64,000 nt of DNA from Arenicellales bacterium. Its GTDB lineage: Bacteria > Pseudomonadota > Gammaproteobacteria > Arenicellales > JAJDZL01. The translations under genes were made by a program, and so were the position numbers. The notes beneath the pieces were generated by a model that was given only the letters and a program-made list of their open reading frames with translations, was not told the DNA's origin and did not search any database. Shown here one piece after another: positions 1 to 8,196 of this stretch; the first letter of the stretch is position 1; every line of letters begins with the position of its first letter. The stretch lies in the NCBI GenBank assembly GCA_965214615.1, contig OZ243952.1, positions 2,445,734 through 2,509,733 on the forward strand, read 5' to 3'.

Positions 1-604
1 GCGCCACGGATTCGGCAATAATCGCGTCATAGGCACCCTGGTTGTGGGTGATTGTGTCGCGCAAGCCAAACTCGGTCAAGTGATGCTCGATGACTCTTTC
101 GCAGCCCCATCCGGGAGCACAGCCGGCCAAGTCGGCGGTTCCGTTGCCATCGGCGTCAAAGCGCTTGGCAATTTCCGGGTCCTTAAGGTCGCCGATATTC
201 TGAACCCCTGCCGCATAGGAGGCAGAGTCAACCAGATAGCCTTGCAATGCGCCTTCGATGAAGCTGCCTACCTTGGACATTTTCGCATCGCCGCCGGACT
301 CTTCAAAGAAAGCCGCATGCAGCGGGTCCCAATGGACTGTAGTAAAGTCGCCATCACCGGTTCCAAGTGCCAGATGGATGGTCTGATATTCCACTTCCTG
401 CGGATCTTTGATCTCATATCCCAGTTCCATCAGCGCCCGGTAGACGATTCCGTTCTGGAATTTCTCTTCCAGTACCGTGCCCTCGATCGGCTGGACGCTG
501 ACGCCTTTTCCAGGCATCATCGAATCTGCAAAACCTGTCGATGTAACACCGAGCAAGCCTAAAGCGATCACAGGGACAGACAATAGCTTATTGAATGATT
601 TCAT
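1..604 (-). CDS. proX: Glycine betaine/proline betaine ABC transporter substrate-binding protein (5' part; gene runs off the left edge)
   Basis: Absent from the ORF track because there is no stop inside the window. Reverse-strand ATG at 604-602 is preceded by AAGGAAAGAG. My translation MKSFNKLLSVPVIALGLLGVTSTGFADSMMPGKGVSVQPIEGTVLEEKFQ...TVHWDPLHAAFFEE...QGYLVD...DLKDPEIAKRFDADGNGTADLAGCAPGWGCERVIEHHL...THNQGAY is colinear by eye with E. coli ProX (signal peptide, NPGWGCE-type motif). The 44..562 + ORF is its antisense shadow. Confidence 0.85.
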   Translation of the reverse strand, partial: MKSFNKLLSVPVIALGLLGVTSTGFADSMMPGKGVSVQPIEGTVLEEKFQNGIVYRALMELGYEIKDPQEVEYQTIHLALGTGDGDFTTVHWDPLHAAFFEESGGDAKMSKVGSFIEGALQGYLVDSASYAAGVQNIGDLKDPEIAKRFDADGNGTADLAGCAPGWGCERVIEHHLTEFGLRDTITHNQGAYDAIIAESVA

Positions 605-1784
605 ATCTCTTTCCTTACAAAATTAAAAAAATTGCGATCGATGCAAATGCGCAACGCATAGCCCGGCTTCGGTTCGAATGCAAGCACTACGCACGCACTG
701 AAACAGCATCAGATGCAGCGCCCACAATAGCGTACCATTGCAGAGCAACCGTATCGCTACGTTTTTTGAGCGCACAACGCATGAAGAACTCTTCAGCATA
801 TTGCGCAATAGTATAAATTGGGATTAGGCTGAATGACTGACAATTTGTGATTTTCGAGTGAGATGCACAGTTTTCGGTCGCTGCGGACTGCAGTTTCGAA
901 CCACGGCAAGCGGCAGTGATAAGGAAAATGAAATGTAGCGACTCGGACGAATCGGGAACTGTCCGCCCCGATGGCGCCAATTGATTCGCTGCTGCCGAGG
1001 GAGTCCGCCGCTTTGCCTTGCAGTGCGATTTGATAGGTTGTCAGAGGGACGCAGAACCGAATTTAACGACCCTTGCAACCTGAAGGCCTTCCGATTGAAT
1101 CAAATAGCGCAGCCACTGTCTGCGGCAGCATTGCCGCCCTCGATCGAATTGGGACGTTATCGCACTCACAGAGATTTTCCGATGATCACTCCATTCATTG
1201 ATTTTCGGCAGCATTGCGGTGTGCTTCTTCGCTTCGCAGTTTCTGTTCAGTGTACGCTGATTACGCGTCCGCACCATGAAAATCCTAACGCGCATGCGCT
1301 GACCTCGCCTGCCTAGGATCTGCGTCCGGTGCAATGGTGATGCGCCGCTTGATCCAACCCGATCCCTTTCAGGCACTTTATCATGGCCGGCCATCGTCGA
1401 ACCTCATACGGATGCCAGCCTCACCGACTCGGCAGAGGCCTGGCACTGCAACTACCCGTCAATCACCGGCGTTCGCGTGCCAGACGACGGTATGGCACGC
1501 CGTGCCTTTGCCAATTTCGGCGACAGCGCGATTCTTAGTCAACGGCAAAAGCCAGGCAAAACGCTCGCACCAGCCAGATCGCATGCGATGCCGGAAGGAC
1601 GGAATGCCTCTCTCCGATACCGGCCGCGGACTTCATGCTTCGGCGACAATCCCGATTCGTCAGGTTCTCCAGGCTCATCTGCCATCAGACAATTCGCAAG
1701 CCGGATTTTCGAGACTCAACACTGCTGCAATGGCTTTGAAGCACTGAAGTAACCCCAAATGCGCGCAACACGCAGAGGCAACGC

Positions 1785-2054
1785 ATGGCCCGGTCGGAAA
1801 AAATTACGTCATTTCAAGACGTCGAACGAGTACAGAATGACAATGACTCGCGGATCGAGGACAGAAAAAGGATCGTCGAGGATAGGGAGAGGATCTCCGA
1901 GGACAGAAAGAAAAGCATCGAGGACATACAAAAGATTGACAGGTTGATTCAAGCAAGCGTCGAAGAGAGAAACAGGATCGTCGAGGACAGAAAGAAAAGC
2001 ATCGAGGACATCAAAAAGATAGACAATCTGATTCAGGCGAGCATCGAGGACTGA
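1785..2054 (+). pseudogene. Severed N-terminal coiled-coil part of a formerly continuous 302-codon ORF (1785..2693)
   Basis: Same frame as 2070..2693. Charged heptad-like repeats (IEDRKRIVEDRERISEDRKKSIEDIQKIDRLIQAS...). It ends at TGA 2052-2054, which aligns with an AGA (Arg) codon in the preceding repeat copy. That is consistent with a single A>T nonsense change. Confidence 0.5.
1902..2051 (+). repeat. 84-nt (28-aa) tandem coding repeat, about 1.8 copies
   Basis: gacagaaagaaaagcatcgaggacat occurs at 1902 and again at 1986 (offset 84 nt). It encodes DRKKSIEDI(Q/K)KID(R/N)LIQAS(V/I)E... Confidence 0.8.
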
Positions 2055-2069
2055 AAGGCGATCGCAGAG

Positions 2070-2693
2070 ATGCGAAAAGAGAATGCTGAACGCAACAAGG
2101 TGATCGACGAGCGCAGCAAGGCGGTCGACGACAAATTGGACAAGGTGTCAAAGGGTCTCGGCGACATCGGCCACAGTCGCGGCAGGTTCATGGAGCACCT
2201 GGCGCTTCCTACGATCAAGCAGATCGTCAAGGACGAATTAAGTGCTGAATTTCGCGGAAAGCTGGGGGCAAAGCAAAATCTGAAGGCAAGAGGTTTCGAG
2301 TTCGACGCCTTTGCGGTGCGCAGAGAAGATACTGAAGAGATTTTCGTATTCGAGATCAAGCTTACGTTCGGCGGGGAAACCGTGAAGCAGATCGCCAAAT
2401 CGATAAGCGCATTTCGCCAGCATTATCCGGAGCATGAGCACACCCCGGTGTATCCGTTTCTGGTCGCCGCGGTGGTGGATCCCGAATATGAGCACGAGAT
2501 TTGGGAAGCGGGCATCACGCTGATCGGATTCAGCGAAGGGGTGCTGTGCCGCACCGAGCCGCCCAAGGGATTCTCGCCGAAGTATGATTACGGCATGGAC
2601 CACGGCAAGGGGCAGGCGCGAGGCCGGATGGTTCAGCCGCAGTATTACCTGGAGCAATCGCGGCGTGTTGCGCTGCGCATCGATTCTCACTGA
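2070..2693 (+). CDS. PD-(D/E)XK nuclease-fold protein with coiled-coil leader, function unknown (DUF3782-like layout)
   Basis: 207-aa ORF. ...LGDIGHSRGRFMEHLALP... is followed by GFEFDAFAV...IFVFEIK, a D...ExK core typical of PD-(D/E)XK nucleases. A coiled coil plus a small nuclease-fold C-domain recalls widespread uncharacterised proteins. The family name is from memory, not searched. Confidence 0.6.
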   Translation: MRKENAERNKVIDERSKAVDDKLDKVSKGLGDIGHSRGRFMEHLALPTIKQIVKDELSAEFRGKLGAKQNLKARGFEFDAFAVRREDTEEIFVFEIKLTFGGETVKQIAKSISAFRQHYPEHEHTPVYPFLVAAVVDPEYEHEIWEAGITLIGFSEGVLCRTEPPKGFSPKYDYGMDHGKGQARGRMVQPQYYLEQSRRVALRIDSH

Positions 2694-2992
2694 TTCAGCG
2701 CCTGGGCGATGCGCCTGAATTCACCAGCCGCCATCCTACCACTAATGGCGCCATTGTCACATGGCGCCATTTGGCGCAAAGTTTATCGCCGCCGGCGGCG
2801 GCAACTCCAGCATGGATCGCAAACGCGGTCTGCAAGATTCATGGCGATTCGCACTGCCGGCTGGCAGTCTGCGATTTGATCAAGACATCTGTGATTTGAA
2901 ATCGCTACCCGCGCGCACCTGAACAGGCGGGCAAGCAAACGCAATGAAATGGGTATTCGGGGAAAGAATCGCGCAATACGCGCATTCGAACG

Positions 2993-3952
2993 CTATTCGA
3001 GCATAGCCTGCTTCGGATTCTTGCCGATTGCCCGCATGAAAAGTCCCACAGGTCCGCCCTGCCACCAATGCCGATGTCCCCTTTGCCTGCCGGATCGTCC
3101 CAATCCCTGAGTAATCCGGTCCAGAACAATTGCGAGTACGACAATGCCGAAGCCACCGACGATGGCCTTTCCGGCATCAAGTCTGCCCATTGCACGCAGG
3201 ACTTCGTTTCCAAGCCCTTTCACAGCGATCAAGGAGGCAATCACCACCACCGACAAAGCCATCATGATCGTCTGATTCAATCCCGCCATGATCGAGGGCG
3301 TAGCGAGCGGAAGCTCGACTTTGAATAGAATCTGCTTGGGCGAGGAGCCGAATGCGCGTGCGGCTTCCACTACGCTTGCATTCACCTGCCGGATTCCAAG
3401 CGAAGTCAGGCGGATGATCGGCGGCAGCGCAAATACCACCGTGACGATGACGCCTGAAACGTTGCCGATGCCGATGAGCATCACCACAGGCACGAGATAG
3501 ACGAATGCCGGGATTGTCTGCATGGTGTCAAGCACAGGTCGGATCGCCAATTCGAACCGGTCGTTCTTTCCTGCCAGCAGTCCGAGCGGCAGTCCCAACA
3601 TAACGCAAATCACGACGGACGTCGCCACCACTGCAAGGGTCGTCATCGCCAGACTCCATGCGTTCGGGTCGCTTAGACCCAGGCACAGGAGGCATATGGC
3701 CACGAATCCCGCAACTTTCGCTCCGGACGACTGCCAGGCAAGCAAGCCGAGAATGGCAAGCATGACCATGGGCGGAATGCCCTGCATCACGCTTTCGACG
3801 CCGACAATGACGTCGTTGACGAACCACTTGATCGGCTGCACGACGTCGCGATTCTCCGCCGCCCACGCCTTAATTCCATCGGCCCAGTCGGCGATGCCGA
3901 GATCAACGGCCTTGAACGGATTCAGAATACTTATGCTTTTTTCGTCTGCCAT
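2993..3952 (-). CDS. proW: Glycine betaine/proline ABC transporter permease
   Basis: 319-aa polytopic membrane ORF with a BPD-transport-type core (..MQTIPAFVYLVPVVMLIGIGNVSGVIVTVVFALPPIIRLT..). It starts 33 nt downstream of proV on the same strand. Confidence 0.9.
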   Translation of the reverse strand: MADEKSISILNPFKAVDLGIADWADGIKAWAAENRDVVQPIKWFVNDVIVGVESVMQGIPPMVMLAILGLLAWQSSGAKVAGFVAICLLCLGLSDPNAWSLAMTTLAVVATSVVICVMLGLPLGLLAGKNDRFELAIRPVLDTMQTIPAFVYLVPVVMLIGIGNVSGVIVTVVFALPPIIRLTSLGIRQVNASVVEAARAFGSSPKQILFKVELPLATPSIMAGLNQTIMMALSVVVIASLIAVKGLGNEVLRAMGRLDAGKAIVGGFGIVVLAIVLDRITQGLGRSGRQRGHRHWWQGGPVGLFMRAIGKNPKQAMLE

Positions 3953-3987
3953 GAATTTGTAGCCTGCCGTAATGTGTACCGATCTGC

Positions 3988-5070
3988 CTAGTCTTCCGTC
4001 TTGCCCTGAATTCCTCGTAGCAGGGCGCGCTTGGTCACGACGCCGACGAATTCGTCATTATTGACAACGATGATCGGGTGTTCGGTTTCGATGGACATGT
4101 CGACAAGGTTGTCCAGACTGTCCTGCGGACTGGCTTGCGGCCAGCCGTCGTTCTTCAGTTCGCCGTGTTTGTCTTCATATTCGGAAATCGGCTGCATGAC
4201 TTTGTGCGCTGTGACGAGCTGAAGCTTTGAGATTCCTGCTACAAAGTCGGCAACGTAGTCATCCACCGGCTCGGTTACGATCTCCTCGGGAGTGCCGACC
4301 TGAACCAGTGCGCCATCTTTCATGATCGCAATGCGGTCGCCGATACGGATTGCCTCGTCAAGGTCGTGGGTGATGAACAGGGTCGTCTTGCCCATTTCCT
4401 CGGCGAGCATGAGAAACTGGTCTTGCAATTGACGGCGGATCAGCGGATCAAGCGCGGAAAACGGCTCGTCCATTAAAAGAATTTTCGGATCGGCGGCAAT
4501 TGCGCGCGCCAGTCCGACCCGCTGCTGCATCCCGCCGGACAGCTCATCCGGATATCGATCTTCCCATCCGTCAAGGTCGACAGTCCTGATCGCCTCGTCG
4601 GCCGTCTCGTAGCGCTGATCACGGTCTATGCCGCGCACTTCCAAGGCAAAAGCCACATTGTCGCGAACTGTTCGATGCGGCATGAGCGCCATGTTCTGAA
4701 ACACCATGCCGATTTTTGTGGATCTGAGTTCCCTGAGTTCAGTAGAGCCGAGTTGATTGACGTCCTGACCTTCTATAAGCACTTCGCCGGACGTGGGGTC
4801 AATCAGGCGATTGACGTGTCGAATCAATGTGGACTTGCCCGAACCGGACAGTCCCATGATGCAGAACACCTCGCCTTCGCTGACTGAAAAGCTCGCATCC
4901 TGAACACCCACCACGCAGTGGAACCTTTCGAGAATTTCAGTTTTCGACAGCCCTTCGGCCTGGATCGCCTTCATCGCGTCGTCAGCGCGGGTGCCAAAGA
5001 CTTTCCACAGATTGCGGCATTCGATTACAGGTCTTGCATCGCTGGAAGTCGTTGGAGGATCAATTGCCAT
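3988..5070 (-). CDS. proV: Glycine betaine/proline ABC transporter ATP-binding protein with C-terminal CBS pair
   Basis: Walker A GLSGSGKST, signature LSGGMQQRVGLARA, Walker B ILLMDEPFSALD. The C-terminal ~110 aa are CBS-like (..HPIIVVNNDEFVGVVTKRALL..). Confidence 0.92.
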   Translation of the reverse strand: MAIDPPTTSSDARPVIECRNLWKVFGTRADDAMKAIQAEGLSKTEILERFHCVVGVQDASFSVSEGEVFCIMGLSGSGKSTLIRHVNRLIDPTSGEVLIEGQDVNQLGSTELRELRSTKIGMVFQNMALMPHRTVRDNVAFALEVRGIDRDQRYETADEAIRTVDLDGWEDRYPDELSGGMQQRVGLARAIAADPKILLMDEPFSALDPLIRRQLQDQFLMLAEEMGKTTLFITHDLDEAIRIGDRIAIMKDGALVQVGTPEEIVTEPVDDYVADFVAGISKLQLVTAHKVMQPISEYEDKHGELKNDGWPQASPQDSLDNLVDMSIETEHPIIVVNNDEFVGVVTKRALLRGIQGKTED

Positions 5071-5402
5071 CAGAATATGTTTCGAATAGTAATGCCATCT
5101 AAAGTATTGCCACGGGGCAAATCTGCCGCGACCCGGGATTGAATCCAGCGAATCGCGAAATCAAAACGCGTCCGCGGCCACTTGCGCTCAGTATATACAG
5201 AAAATATAGTGTGGAAGAATAAATTTTCCGTATCAGGAAGTCGAATTTCTAGCGCCAGTTGCATATTTTTACCTAATATGACCCCATCGCGCCTCGGTGA
5301 GGCGCTGCGATTGACGCGTGTATTTCGGCACCGGCATCGGGCGCATTCGTCCGGCATGCTGAATTCGCGCGGCGCCTATCTCAATCAAATCGGGCATTGC
5401 GT

Positions 5403-6263
5403 TTACTGGGACTTTGCAGATTCATTTGCGGCGTGCTCCATGTCTCTTGCCAGAGCATCCATCAATTGAGACGAACCGCCGAGCGACCAGCCGCCATCCA
5501 CCGGAATCACCGCACCGGTCAGGTAACTCGCCAGAGGCGAGGCCAGAAAAATTGCCGCATTACCGATATCGGAAGTGGTGCCAAGCCTGCTAAGCGGCAC
5601 CGAATCGGCTACCGCATCCATCAGTTCGGGAGTCGGTGCCAGGCGATTCATTCCCTCGGTATTTTCAATTGGACCGGGCACGATCGAATTGACCCGGATG
5701 CCCTGTTCTCCCCATTCCATTGCCAGCGTGCGTGTGAGCATGTCGACGCCGGCCTTGGCAGCGCATACATGAGACTGCAGCCGCATCGGTACAAAAGCCT
5801 GAGGAGCGGATATATTGATCACGGAAGCGCCCGGTTTCGCCAAATGCGCATAGGCGCTGCGCAATACGTGGTAGGTGCCCAGCAAATCGATGTTAACCAC
5901 TGCGGCAAAGCCGTTCGGCGACATATCTGCGGCACGGGCGGGAAAGTTTCCGGCGGCACCGGAAATAACGACATCGAATGATCCGAAGCGTTGCGCGAAG
6001 TTCGCAAGTGCAGTCTCGATGCGTTCGCAGTCCCGGACATCCGCGCTAAATCCAGCTGCCTGGCAGCCTAGGACTGTCAGACGGTCAACCGCGGCATTTA
6101 CTTTTTCCGGGTCGCGGCTGATTAAGCCGAGATTCGCGCCAGCGGCAGCGAATTGTTCGGCAACACCCAGATTGATACCGCTGGTGCCCCCGGCGACAAT
6201 GACTGTCTTGCCGGAAAAACTCAGACGTTCATCCATGCTGCCAGGAGATAGCCGCTCTTGCAT
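5403..6263 (-). CDS. Short-chain dehydrogenase/reductase, 2,4-dienoyl-CoA-reductase-like subgroup
   Basis: GKTVIVAGGTSGINLG Rossmann motif. The active-site region HVCAAKAGVDMLTRTLAMEWG resembles DECR-type SDRs, where the usual YxxxK Tyr is replaced. An alternative start is the Met at 6236. Confidence 0.85.
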   Translation of the reverse strand: MQERLSPGSMDERLSFSGKTVIVAGGTSGINLGVAEQFAAAGANLGLISRDPEKVNAAVDRLTVLGCQAAGFSADVRDCERIETALANFAQRFGSFDVVISGAAGNFPARAADMSPNGFAAVVNIDLLGTYHVLRSAYAHLAKPGASVINISAPQAFVPMRLQSHVCAAKAGVDMLTRTLAMEWGEQGIRVNSIVPGPIENTEGMNRLAPTPELMDAVADSVPLSRLGTTSDIGNAAIFLASPLASYLTGAVIPVDGGWSLGGSSQLMDALARDMEHAANESAKSQ

Positions 6264-6354
6264 GGGAACGCGGGTAACAATTCAGACGACACAGGTACGG
6301 GACGCTTGGCGCCACTGGCACCTGAACAAGGCGGGAGAATAATCGATGCAGCCG

Positions 6355-6516
6355 CTAGTCGGAGGGTTCTGGCGTCATGGCCACCAGCGCCATGTAGATC
6401 ACGGACATCGCAACACCCCAAATCGCGGCATTGAGCAGGATTTCGTTCCGAAACGTGTCAAAGCTCGATAGGATCAGGCATGCGATTATTGAAACAATGC
6501 CGAGTAGGTATTTCAT
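6355..6516 (-). CDS. Small two-helix membrane protein (53 aa), hypothetical
   Basis: Internal Met of the 6355..6558 ORF, preceded by GGAGACGAGAAA-ATG. MKYLLGIVSIIACLILSSF...AAIWGVAMSVIYMALVAM gives two hydrophobic spans. No family recognised. Confidence 0.4.
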   Translation of the reverse strand: MKYLLGIVSIIACLILSSFDTFRNEILLNAAIWGVAMSVIYMALVAMTPEPSD

Positions 6517-7044
6517 TTTCTCGTCTCCGAACAATGCGTTGTGTGCGCAAAGAGGCATTCAGGACGCTCAATTGCCGTCCTCGCCGACTAAACCGCGGCA
6601 TGATGCTGAACGCAAGCGCAATAATACTTCAATCAGTGCGGCACATTGTCGGTTTTGTCTTGACTGACCGGCGCAAAATCAAATAGGGGAAGACATTCAA
6701 ATTAAGAAGTGCTGGAATCTGAACACCACAGCTGCAAGCTGTTCAGATTGGTTGAAGAATCCAGTCTGGTTTCTTTCTTAGCTGGAGATACCCGCCAATT
6801 GATTTATGCAGTCTCGGGCACGTTCGGCAGCGTTAATTTTTTCGTTGCAGCCATGAAGCCTTGTCGGAATCGACGCTATGGGGTATCGCCGGCAACAGGC
6901 GCCGATGAGGCGAATCAGGAACCAAAGCACAGGCACGTTTCAGCGACACTTCGATTCGGGTGAGACGGCAAATTGGCCCATCACCGTAACCGTTACTACC
7001 ACCCTTGTGCTGCGCCTACGCCGTCAGCCGGTCTGCAGGCCGTT

Positions 7045-8196
7045 TTACCAACGGCCGCCAATCGTCAGCATGATGCCGCTTTCAGGTCGTTCGCCCTCAT
7101 TTTCGGCATAGTCTGCCACGATCTCCAGCGACAACTCATCATTCCTCCGGCGCACCGGGATGAATTGCCAGCCTAGCTGATACTCGCGTGATGATTCACC
7201 GAGCACATAGCTGAAATTGGGCTTGGCGATAACCGGACGACCGTTCATTGCGTATCCGTATGCCGCGGTAAAGCGCCATTGACTCTCAATTGCGTCATCG
7301 GTTTCGCCAGTCGGCACCCCGTTATCGAGTAACGCTTCAACGCCAACAGTTGCGCCATTATCCAATTCGTAGCCGATCGTCGATGAGAATCCGCGTTGCG
7401 TTGAAGGCTTCGAATCGTAGACAAGTTGCGCCGAGTAGCTCCAGGTTTCAAAATCTTCGTCTTCGTGCGTTATGAGACTGCGGCCCTCGACTGCGAACTC
7501 AAGACCATCACCGGGCATCGACCATGCAAGCCCGCCTCCGAATTCAATTCCGAATCCAGTTTCGGCATCGCCGCCGTCATAGCGGCCGCCCAGTTCAAAT
7601 GTCGGATTGAGCGTCACACCGCTATCGATTTGCAATCTCCACCCGCCTTCTATTCCCGCACGCAGTCGAGTTACCTCGGCTTCCTCGGCAGCAATGCCTT
7701 GCGCACTGTCACTGGCGGTGCGATTCCAGAATGCATCAGAAGCGAAATCAAGACTGAAACCGTTGCCTTTTTCTGCTTCAATCAATTTGCCGCGGACACC
7801 TGCGGCCACCATGGACCAGTCCATATCGGTGGTTAGCGCATCGTCGTCTTTGGCCCCGATAGACAAATCCCCCTCGCCGTAGCCGACAGCACCCCATATT
7901 GTGATTCGCTCGGATATTGCTTCCGAGGCCCACGGCACCAGGGCTGTAATGCTTGATGACACTGTTCCGGCAGTACCGTTGTCATATTCGATGTCCCCAT
8001 CGCCTTCGGAATGGGAGAGAATCACGCCAATGCGCGAATCTTCGGACGACCAATCTGCGCCGATCATTCCGGTAATGACTTCACCGCTCAGTGAGACGGT
8101 CCCTTCCTTGCTATCAAATCCAGATTTAACTCCCCTCGCCCACATCGACGTATATTCGCCATCGCCGTGCTCCTCGGTTAAAGAGAATGAAGAACT
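7045..8196 (-). other. Autotransporter-type translocator (beta-barrel) domain of the giant protein, approximate bounds
   Basis: Last ~380 aa: ..GEYTSMWARGVKSGFDSK..ITGMIGADW..RIGVILSHSEG..ITIWGAVGYGEG..FSLDFASDAFWNR..GFGIEFGGGLAW..WSYSAQLVYDS..WRFTAAYGYAM..YQLGWQF..SGIMLTIGGRW. These are amphipathic strands rich in Gly and aromatics, with a terminal Trp. A helix-like linker (EWMARFGRTITEQVIDGIGSRI) lies upstream at ~8.4 kb. Confidence 0.65.

Noticed and set aside
605-1784. ORFs 687..980, 824..1078, 981..1316, 1041..1394, 1334..1747, 1477..1752
   Set aside because: They mutually overlap on both strands, are Arg/Pro/Cys/Ser-rich and non-protein-like, have no RBS and match no recognisable family. 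The region is treated as non-coding or decayed.
2052-2054. In-frame TGA read as selenocysteine or programmed read-through
   Set aside because: No convincing SECIS-like hairpin immediately downstream. The codon aligns with Arg (AGA) in the sister repeat, so a simple nonsense substitution is the more economical explanation.
2853-2868. Hairpin actgcc-ggct-ggcagt between the convergent nuclease-fold gene and proW, as a bidirectional terminator
   Set aside because: Only a 6-bp stem, no proper U-tract on either strand, and 160 nt from the nearest stop codon. Too weak to annotate.
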